A DNA stretch of 64,000 nt from an uncultured Aquimarina sp. GTDB lineage: Bacteria; Bacteroidota; Bacteroidia; Flavobacteriales; Flavobacteriaceae. Positions 19,994 to 27,679 of the stretch are shown here, piece by piece. Position 1 is the first letter of the stretch. The number at the start of each line of letters is the position of its first letter. The translations under genes were made by a program, and so were the position numbers. The notes under the pieces were generated by a model, which worked only from the letters and a program-made list of their open reading frames with translations, was not told the DNA's origin and searched no databases. Where the stretch lies: contig CANMLL010000009.1 in NCBI GenBank assembly GCA_947498775.1, forward strand, positions 90,981 to 154,980. The letters run 5' to 3'.

Positions 19994-20502
19994 TGGCTGA
20001 AGAAATCGTAAATAGAGTTGCTAATAATCAAAACCTTGTTACTATTGACCTGGAAGATTATTATCCTGAAGGAAACCGTGTACCTTTTGATATCAAAGAC
20101 TGGCTTTTTGAAGGACTAATTTTACGTGAAAAAGACTTCAGACAGAAAGTCAAAGATCATGATTGGAGCCAATATCAAGACCAATTTGTGGCATTAACAT
20201 GTTCTACCGATGCCATTATACCAGGATGGGCTTATCTTTTATTAACAAGCTCATTGTTTCCTTATACAAAAAAGGTAGCTGTAGGCACTTTAGAAACACT
20301 AGAAACTATTCTGTATACCGAGATTATAAATAATCTTAATGTTTCAGAATATCAAGACAAACTACTTATCATAAAAGGTTGTGCCAATAAACCCGTTCCC
20401 GAAGGGGCCTATATTTCATTAATTCAAAAATTACAACCTGTTGCCAAAAGCATCATGTATGGAGAGGCTTGTTCTTCGGTTCCTCTTTTTAAACGCAAAT
20501 AA
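19993..20502 (+). CDS. DUF2480-like protein
   Basis: 169 aa. TAATG overlap with the upstream gene. This family commonly trails flavobacterial suf clusters (recalled). Confidence 0.5.
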   Translation: MAEEIVNRVANNQNLVTIDLEDYYPEGNRVPFDIKDWLFEGLILREKDFRQKVKDHDWSQYQDQFVALTCSTDAIIPGWAYLLLTSSLFPYTKKVAVGTLETLETILYTEIINNLNVSEYQDKLLIIKGCANKPVPEGAYISLIQKLQPVAKSIMYGEACSSVPLFKRK

Positions 20503-20585
20503 TTCAGTTTATCGTTTAATCTTGTTTTTTATCGAAAAAACACCCTTAGATATCTTCTATCTAAAACAAAAAACGTTACTTAAAA

Positions 20586-20593
20586 TATATTTG
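20586..20593 (+). promoter_or_regulatory. candidate -7 box (TAnnTTTG)
   Basis: tatatttg lies about 150 nt upstream of the 20745 ATG. This would imply a long 5' leader. Confidence 0.25.
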
Positions 20594-20744
20594 CCAACAT
20601 AAATTTTGTACAGATTATTTATTTTGGTTAAGTATATCAAATAAGTATACAATGGGACAATTCATTTCTTTGAATTGGCTTGTTTGATATATACCCCTCT
20701 TGACTGGAGTAATCGTCTGATCAACTCTAAAACTATCTTATCAC

Positions 20745-21665
20745 ATGAAAAAAACACTGTTAACATTAGTGCTACTTATTAGTTCTGCTATTGTATTTGC
20801 CCAAGATGAAGCAAAGGACGAAGCTCCAAAAGACGGATGGACCCGAGCAGGAAATATCAGTTTCCTGTTCAATCAATCAGCTTTTAATGCCGAGTGGCTT
20901 GGAGGAGGAACCTCAAACATTGCCGGAAATCTGTCTGTGTCCTATGATTTTAATTATCGAAAAGGAAGTCTAACCTGGGACAATAAAATTCTTGCAGATT
21001 ATGGTTTAACCAAAATTAAAGACCAAGAATTTACTCGTAAAACCAACGACCGTTTCGAGTTTAACTCTTTGCTGGGTAAACAAATTAAAGAAACAAATTG
21101 GTATTACTCTTTTCAGTTAAATTTCAGAACGCAATTTGCTCCTGGTTATTCGTTTGGAACCGATACTGATGGAAGCGAAACACGTACCGAAATCACTGAT
21201 CTTTTTTCTCCCGCTTACCTACAACTAGGACCAGGTATGCTTTGGAAGAAAAATGACAATCTTAAAGTAAATATATCTCCCGCCACGGCAAGATTCATCT
21301 TTGTTGATGGAGACTTTACAGATGTAGGAGATGATCAAGCAGCTATCGATGCTTTTAATGATGCTGGTGGCTATTTTGGTGTAGAAGCCAATGATTCCTT
21401 CCGTTTTGAATTTGGTGCAGCTGTTAATGCCTATGCTAAGTTTGAGATCATGAAAAATATATCAATGGAAAACATCTTGAATTTATACTCAAATTACCTT
21501 GAAGATGCTCAAAATGTGGATATCGATTATACTGCAAATGTGGTAATGACAATCAATAAATACCTATCTACTAACTTAACCTTTCAGGCAATTTATGATG
21601 ACAATGCCATTCAGGCAGTTCAGGTGCGACAGGTATTTGGATTAGGTGTAAATTATGGATTTTAA
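20745..21665 (+). CDS. DUF3078-like outer-membrane beta-barrel protein
   Basis: Signal peptide, the AFNAEWLGGGTSNIAGN motif and a terminal aromatic residue. Paralog of 22565..23590. Confidence 0.65.
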   Translation: MKKTLLTLVLLISSAIVFAQDEAKDEAPKDGWTRAGNISFLFNQSAFNAEWLGGGTSNIAGNLSVSYDFNYRKGSLTWDNKILADYGLTKIKDQEFTRKTNDRFEFNSLLGKQIKETNWYYSFQLNFRTQFAPGYSFGTDTDGSETRTEITDLFSPAYLQLGPGMLWKKNDNLKVNISPATARFIFVDGDFTDVGDDQAAIDAFNDAGGYFGVEANDSFRFEFGAAVNAYAKFEIMKNISMENILNLYSNYLEDAQNVDIDYTANVVMTINKYLSTNLTFQAIYDDNAIQAVQVRQVFGLGVNYGF

Positions 21666-21673
21666 ATAAACTG

Positions 21674-21762
21674 AAAGAGGTCTAAAAAATTCATTATTGG
21701 GAGAGTAGCGAAAGAATCAGCAAAATTTATCTTTCGTAACAACATCTTTTTTGGACCTCTTT
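21674..21762 (+). terminator. long nested hairpin downstream of the DUF3078 gene
   Basis: 16-bp outer stem aaagaggtctaaaaaa / ttttttggacctcttt (one G-U on the + strand RNA). It encloses an inner cgaaaga / tctttcg hairpin, and a T-rich tract follows. Confidence 0.45.
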
Positions 21763-22208
21763 TACTTTTTTGATGACATCTCCATATAAAACTCATAGTC
21801 ATCTTCATCTACAATCTTAAAACCAATTCGCTCATAAAGGTATTTTGCCGGGTTTTCCTTTAGAACTTTTAAAAACAATATTTTATTTACCGACTTAGCC
21901 TTCAAAATCATCATGTGTAACACCTGTTTTCCTATTCCTTTGCCTTGAAATTTTGGTGCTATTTGTAATTGTAGTATTTCTATCCTATTATGATCTGCTA
22001 CATATTTAAGCAAACCTACTTTATCTCTGGATGTCGAAATAAGATAGGAACCCTCAAAGCTTTTCTGTATCCTAGCTATATGTTCTTGGTTAGATAAATA
22101 GATTCCAGCCTTTTCTAGATGCCCGACCATGGTTTGTTTTCTTAGATCGAGCAAAAAATCTTTGTCTGCCTCTTTTGCTTTAATAAGCGAGATTCCTAGT
22201 TTTTTCAA
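21762..22208 (-). CDS. GNAT family N-acetyltransferase
   Basis: 148 aa. QIAPKFQGKGIGKQ is an acetyl-CoA binding motif. Confidence 0.75.
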   Translation of the reverse strand: MKKLGISLIKAKEADKDFLLDLRKQTMVGHLEKAGIYLSNQEHIARIQKSFEGSYLISTSRDKVGLLKYVADHNRIEILQLQIAPKFQGKGIGKQVLHMMILKAKSVNKILFLKVLKENPAKYLYERIGFKIVDEDDYEFYMEMSSKK

Positions 22209-22349
22209 AGTAATTGATATCTGATATCTACGAATATAATGCTATTCATTATGATACCCTTGTTAAACCCGGTTTATGCATAGAAAATCTATTTCATGTT
22301 GAAACTACTTCAAATACAGTCGCTTCACTTAGTTTTTTAATGTAATCAT

Positions 22350-22437
22350 AGCGATGCTATGCCAAAATCAAGAAAACTACTGTATGTATTGTAAGCGATG
22401 CTATGCCAAAATCAAGAAAACTACTGTATGTATTGTA
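22350..22437. repeat. perfect 2 x 44-bp tandem direct repeat
   Basis: agcgatgctatgccaaaatcaagaaaactactgtatgtattgta occurs twice back to back (22350-22393 and 22394-22437) in a divergent intergenic region. Confidence 0.95.
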
Positions 22438-22564
22438 TTTGCAACCCTCATTACGAAGTTCTAATGTAAAACGGGTTACATTCAATAGCTTCATTTACTT
22501 TTTGATTTGAAAAAGCTGACTGCATCTTGTATATTTGTTGCTTATCCCTGCAACAAAAGATTAC

Positions 22565-23590
22565 ATGAAAAGGGTTTTTTTAACTAGTTTTCTTCTTTTT
22601 TATATAATGCATGCCTTCTGTCAGGAAGAGAAAAAGGTGAAGCAGCTAGATTCTATTCAGTCTAATCTAAAACGGTCACTTGATAGCCTTTTAAAGGGAA
22701 CCCCAAATGATCTAAACATTATCGTATTGAAGGGAATCTTAAAAGAAATCACACCCAAAAAACCGAAAGAAGAGCATATCGGTTGGAAAGCCAAAGGAAA
22801 ATTCTCACTACTCTTTAACCAATCGGCCTTTAATTTTGACTGGCAAGGCGGGGGTACGTCAAACATTGCCGGAAACGCAGTAGTTAATTATGAATTCAAC
22901 TATAAAAAGAAAAGTCTTACATGGTACAATAAGATTTTGGCAGACTATGGGCTTTCATTTTTAAAAGATGAAGATTTTGCACGCAAAACCAATGATAGGA
23001 TCGAAATAAACTCTCGTCTGGGAAAACGTATTGGAAATGGTAACTGGAACTATTCTTTTTTTACTAATTTCTTATCACAATTTGACAAAGGATTTAGATT
23101 TGAAACTGATCCTGATACCGATGAAACAATTCGTGTTGAAGAAACTCATTTTTTCTCTCCCGCATTTATACAGGCCGGACCCGGTGTGCTTTGGAAAAAA
23201 AGCGATGACCTTAATATCAACCTAGCTCCTGTTACCTCACGTATGATTTTTGTGGATAAAGAATTCACCAATGTTGAAGGTTATGAAGATGGTGATTATT
23301 TTGGTGTGGATGCTGGAGAGAGTACAAGATTTGAGTTTGGAGGGTCTCTTGCTGCTAACTTAAAATTTTCAATATCTGAAAATTTCACTATAGAGAATGT
23401 CCTTAATCTATATTCAAACTATATTGAGGACCCTGCAAATGTCGATATCGATTATACCTTTAACCTCAACGTAAAGATTAATAAATATATCTCATTTAGT
23501 TTCGTGTTCCAGAGTATTTATGATGATAATGCTACTGGTGCTTTCCAGATAAGACAAGTTACAGGTATCGGGCTCGATTATAAATTCTAG
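22565..23590 (+). CDS. DUF3078-like outer-membrane beta-barrel protein (paralog)
   Basis: Trimmed to ATG 22565 (MKRVFLTSFLLFYIMHAFC). It has the AFNFDWQGGGTSNIAGN motif and a terminal F. Confidence 0.65.
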   Translation: MKRVFLTSFLLFYIMHAFCQEEKKVKQLDSIQSNLKRSLDSLLKGTPNDLNIIVLKGILKEITPKKPKEEHIGWKAKGKFSLLFNQSAFNFDWQGGGTSNIAGNAVVNYEFNYKKKSLTWYNKILADYGLSFLKDEDFARKTNDRIEINSRLGKRIGNGNWNYSFFTNFLSQFDKGFRFETDPDTDETIRVEETHFFSPAFIQAGPGVLWKKSDDLNINLAPVTSRMIFVDKEFTNVEGYEDGDYFGVDAGESTRFEFGGSLAANLKFSISENFTIENVLNLYSNYIEDPANVDIDYTFNLNVKINKYISFSFVFQSIYDDNATGAFQIRQVTGIGLDYKF

Positions 23591-23594
23591 AAGC

Positions 23595-24803
23595 TTATTC
23601 TTCTACAATCTCGGGATATAAGAAATTATTATAAGGGAAACGAGTTACATGAATATCCCTAATTTCTTTATACACTCGTTTTCTAAACTCGTCCATATTT
23701 TCTTTATTGATTGCCGAAATAAACAAGGCATTATCTCCTATTTTACTCATCCAAGTCTGCTTCCATTCGTCTAGTGTATAATGAGCCTTGGTTCTTTCTG
23801 TTGTTAAATCATCGTTATCGATTACGGCATGTTTATAAGCGTCAATCTTATTAAAAACCATGATCGTTGCCTTATCTGTACAATCAATCTCTCCTAGAAT
23901 TTTATTTACCGAATCTATATGATCTTCAAACTGGGGATGCGAAATATCTACAACATGTAGCAACAAATCTGCTTCTCGAACCTCATCAAGAGTACTTTTG
24001 AAGCTTTCTATCAACTGTGTAGGCAACTTTCTAATAAACCCAACAGTATCGCTTAATAAAAAAGGAAGATTGCCAATAACCACCTTTCTTACTGTGGTAT
24101 CCAGTGTTGCAAAAAGCTTATTTTCAGCAAATACTTCACTTTTGGCAATCACATTCATAAGGGTAGATTTACCCACATTGGTGTATCCTACCAGGGCAAC
24201 ACGAACTAATTTACCACGGTTACCTCTTTGGGTAGCCATTTGCTTATCGATGGTTTGTAATTTCTTTTTTAATAAAGAAATTCGATCTCGCACGATACGG
24301 CGGTCAGTCTCAATCTCTGTTTCACCAGGACCACGCATTCCTATACCCCCTCTTTGTCTTTCGAGGTGAGTCCATAATCCGGTAAGTCTTGGCAATAAAT
24401 ATTGATATTGTGCCAGCTCTACTTGTGTACGTGCATAACTGGTTTGTGCACGCTGAGCAAAAATATCAAGTATTAGATTGGTTCTGTCTATGATTTTTGC
24501 TTTAAGAATGCGCTCGATATTGCGCAATTGTCCTGGAGATAATTCATCATCAAAAACTACGGTTCCGATCTCATGCTCTTCTACATATGCCTGCACCTGT
24601 TCCATTTTACCGGTACCGATAAAGGTTTTAGAATTGGGCATATCCATTTTTTGCGTAAACCGTTTTACCACTTCACCACCCGCGGTATAGGTTAGAAACT
24701 CTAATTCGTCTAGAAATTCTTCAAGCTTTTCTTCGTCTTGATTTTTGGTTATTATTCCTATTAAAACCGTTTTTTCGTATGCAATTTCCTTCCTCTCTAA
24801 CAT
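23595..24803 (-). CDS. hflX: GTPase HflX
   Basis: 402 aa with the HflX N-domain, G1 GYTNVGKST, G3 DTVGF and G4 NKID. Confidence 0.9.
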   Translation of the reverse strand: MLERKEIAYEKTVLIGIITKNQDEEKLEEFLDELEFLTYTAGGEVVKRFTQKMDMPNSKTFIGTGKMEQVQAYVEEHEIGTVVFDDELSPGQLRNIERILKAKIIDRTNLILDIFAQRAQTSYARTQVELAQYQYLLPRLTGLWTHLERQRGGIGMRGPGETEIETDRRIVRDRISLLKKKLQTIDKQMATQRGNRGKLVRVALVGYTNVGKSTLMNVIAKSEVFAENKLFATLDTTVRKVVIGNLPFLLSDTVGFIRKLPTQLIESFKSTLDEVREADLLLHVVDISHPQFEDHIDSVNKILGEIDCTDKATIMVFNKIDAYKHAVIDNDDLTTERTKAHYTLDEWKQTWMSKIGDNALFISAINKENMDEFRKRVYKEIRDIHVTRFPYNNFLYPEIVEE

Positions 24804-24926
24804 GCACTATGTTTATCTTCTATTTCTTAATTTACTATCTTGTACTATAATCCTAGTTTACAAAAATACGACAATTATACACTTGAAAGTCTACGATAGA
24901 CAGGGATTATTAAAAAAATACGCACA

Positions 24927-25898
24927 ATGGCCAATAAATTTTATTTCAGTAAAAAAAATACAAATCACTATACCGTAGCATTTTATAATCTGGAAAACCT
25001 TTTTGATACCAAAGACGACCCTCGAATACTAGATGAAGATTTTTTACCCGATTCTGAAAAACGATGGACTCATAAACGATATGAGAAAAAGGTATCAAAG
25101 CTTGGTACTGTGATTTCTAATATTGGTTTTTCAAAAACAAGAAAAGCTCCCATCTTGGTTGGTGTAGCAGAGGTAGAAAACAAAAAGGTGCTCGAAGATC
25201 TCGTTACTACCAAACATCTAAAAAACAAAGATTATGGTATTGTGCATTATGATTCTCCTGATGAGCGCGGTATTGATGTGGGTTTGTTGTATCAAAAACA
25301 GCATTTTGAAGTCATTGCTTCTGAAAACATTCCTGTTTTGATAGATAGCCAGAAAGGAGAAAGAGATTATACACGTGATATTTTATGGGTAAAAGGGGTT
25401 TTAAATACCGAAGAAGTGAATATCTTGATTAACCATTGGCCTTCTAGACGAGATGGCGCCGAACTTACCTCATATAAACGCGTTGCAGCAGCAGAAAAAA
25501 ACCGGGAAGTAATCCAGCAAATTACTTCAGAAAATACTGAAGCCAAAATCATTATTATGGGTGATTTTAATGACGACCCTACTAGTGAAAGTATTAAAAA
25601 CCTGGTAAGAGAGGATCTTTTTAACCCAATGGAAAAATTATTAACCCGATACAGTGGTAGCTTGAACTACAGAAGTCAATGGAATCTGTTTGATCAAATC
25701 ATTTTTAGTCATAATTTTCATAAATATGAAAAAGGGAAGCATAGTTTTTCTGATGCCTCTATTTTTGACAAACAGTTTTTAAAAATCTATAAAGGGAGGT
25801 ACAAAGGAAATCCTTTTAGAACATTCGTTGGAAGAAAATATATCGGGGGATATAGTGATCATTTTCCTGTTTATATAAGACTGAAGCACAATGAATAA
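24927..25898 (+). CDS. endonuclease/exonuclease/phosphatase (EEP) family protein, no signal peptide
   Basis: AFYNLENLFD at the N-terminus, INHWPSRR, MGDFND and a C-terminal GYSDHFPVY. An in-frame TAG at 24897-24899 precludes an N-terminal extension. Confidence 0.75.
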   Translation: MANKFYFSKKNTNHYTVAFYNLENLFDTKDDPRILDEDFLPDSEKRWTHKRYEKKVSKLGTVISNIGFSKTRKAPILVGVAEVENKKVLEDLVTTKHLKNKDYGIVHYDSPDERGIDVGLLYQKQHFEVIASENIPVLIDSQKGERDYTRDILWVKGVLNTEEVNILINHWPSRRDGAELTSYKRVAAAEKNREVIQQITSENTEAKIIIMGDFNDDPTSESIKNLVREDLFNPMEKLLTRYSGSLNYRSQWNLFDQIIFSHNFHKYEKGKHSFSDASIFDKQFLKIYKGRYKGNPFRTFVGRKYIGGYSDHFPVYIRLKHNE

Positions 25899-25961
25899 TC
25901 TATTCATTGGCAAGACATATTTATAGGGGTTTTAACTCGGTAAAAACAGGCGAAGAACCCT

Positions 25962-26006
25962 AAAAAAGTCCGGATAGTTTGAAATTCAAACTATCCGGAC
26001 TTTTTT
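25962..26006 (+). terminator. rho-independent terminator
   Basis: 15-bp stem gtccggatagtttga / tcaaactatccggac, flanked by A6 and T6. Confidence 0.8.
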
Positions 26007-26054
26007 GATGTAACCTCACAATATATTCGTTTCATAAACCATAAAACATTAAAT

Positions 26055-26534
26055 ATGAAAACACAAAATTTAAAAAAACTGGCTCTTTTATGTGTAGGAT
26101 TACTGATTGTGTCCTGCAGCAAAAACGATCTTTCTGAAGTTGATGAAAATGAAGCATTAGTTCAAGAAAAAAACGAAGTCGAACTTGTAGAAACACCAGA
26201 TGACAAAAACTTTATTGTTATTGGCCTAGCACCAGGTATTTATGGTAATTCCAATGTAGACGCCTGGGATAGCGAAACCTACAGCTATATCTTAACTCAA
26301 GCAGAACTTAATGCAGTTCCTAGCCATTTAAGGAAGTTTAGGGTAAAATTTGACAAGTGGGTCGGAGGCTGGGCAAACCAAGCAACCTACAACAACCAAC
26401 CTAGTACAGTAACCGCAAAATTTCCTTCTGGCAATGGAAGTATATCCTTATACAGGATCGGCTTTCAGATGTATAACAGCAGTACAGGACAAAATTATGA
26501 ACAAGTCTGGAAAACGGTTCAGGTGAATAATTAG
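26055..26534 (+). CDS. hypothetical lipoprotein, 159 aa
   Basis: Signal peptide with lipobox IVSC. No family recognised. Confidence 0.55.
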   Translation: MKTQNLKKLALLCVGLLIVSCSKNDLSEVDENEALVQEKNEVELVETPDDKNFIVIGLAPGIYGNSNVDAWDSETYSYILTQAELNAVPSHLRKFRVKFDKWVGGWANQATYNNQPSTVTAKFPSGNGSISLYRIGFQMYNSSTGQNYEQVWKTVQVNN

Positions 26535-26561
26535 TTTGTTTTAAATCAATTTGTAATTACC

Positions 26562-26598
26562 AAAAAAGGCCAAGGCTGAGATTCAGCCTTGGCCTTTT
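26562..26598. terminator. bidirectional terminator between convergent genes
   Basis: GC-rich stem ggccaaggctg / cagccttggcc, flanked by an A-run and a T-run. Confidence 0.8.
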
Positions 26599-26621
26599 AA
26601 CACTACTATAACTAACTAAAA

Positions 26622-27344
26622 TTAAAATTCTAATTTTCCATATCCTCCTCGCCGCACATACGAATCCCAGCAATTAGCACAATGGTTATCGAGCCAAACA
26701 TTAGGAAATGTATAACTATTGGTAGCTCCTGAAGCGGGTACAGTTTGATCCGAGACCACCATATAGGTATGAAATTGTTTCACAAACCAGCCATCGGTAC
26801 CCTGTAATTGAATTTTTGAAGAGATAATCCTCACCCAACTTACTGCTTGACCTGGTATAGATGCCTTAAAAAGATAATAATCCCATTTTCCTGGTTCATG
26901 ATCATCACCAGGATTATTTAAAACAATATTCTGAAGATTATACACTCCTTTATCGGTTTTAAAATAAACGCCAGCCTTTACATTACCATCGGTACCATTG
27001 TCTGTTTGGGTTCCCGTATATGTTGCTATTCTATAATACCATTCTGTGCTTACCGCTTTGTTAGACACATTACTTTTTGCCATATATTCTGCAACGGCTT
27101 CACTAAACTTCGAATTCGCTTCTTCTTCACTTAAATCCCCATTTAGGCGTTTGTGTAACAATGGTATTTCTGGTTCTGATTTATCTTCTATAATTTCATC
27201 ACTATTTCCCGTTGTACTCAGAAAACCTGCTCGCTCATTAGTGTTTATAAAATCAGTTTCTCCGTCTGGTTGTTCACAAGAAGCGATACAAAATACAAAT
27301 AACGCTACCCCTAAAACTCCCATGAAATTTCCCCCTTTCTTCAT
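26622..27344 (-). CDS. lipoprotein with a PLAT/LH2-like beta-sandwich domain
   Basis: Lipobox IASC. The C-terminal half YRIATYTGTQTDNGTDGNVKAGVYF...GKWDYYLF...LQGTDGWFVKQF...FPNVWLD follows the PLAT pattern (Y-x-V-x-TG...GTD-x-V, ...W-x-hydrophobic..., F-x-x-x-x-W-L). Confidence 0.45.
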   Translation of the reverse strand: MKKGGNFMGVLGVALFVFCIASCEQPDGETDFINTNERAGFLSTTGNSDEIIEDKSEPEIPLLHKRLNGDLSEEEANSKFSEAVAEYMAKSNVSNKAVSTEWYYRIATYTGTQTDNGTDGNVKAGVYFKTDKGVYNLQNIVLNNPGDDHEPGKWDYYLFKASIPGQAVSWVRIISSKIQLQGTDGWFVKQFHTYMVVSDQTVPASGATNSYTFPNVWLDNHCANCWDSYVRRGGYGKLEF

Positions 27345-27679
27345 TTTGATTTGTTTATTTGATTACTATTCCTTTTGACACGATCTGCAATCCAAATCTG
27401 TTATCAAATTCCTCATGATCAAATATAAATCATTGATATTCAATATAAAAGAGTTCAAAATCCCGTTTGCTTAGGGTTATTTTACCCTCTTCTGGCTTAA
27501 TCACTATTAAGAACGATATATATTTATATAATAGCCTAATTATCAAATTATTGATTAATAAAGGCTTGTCAATAAAATTGTTAATTTGTTGATATTTTTT
27601 TAACGTAACTTGGGTGATCGAATGGGTATAATGCCATACCTTGTGCTACGCAAAAAATCACACAAACAAACTAATTGTC

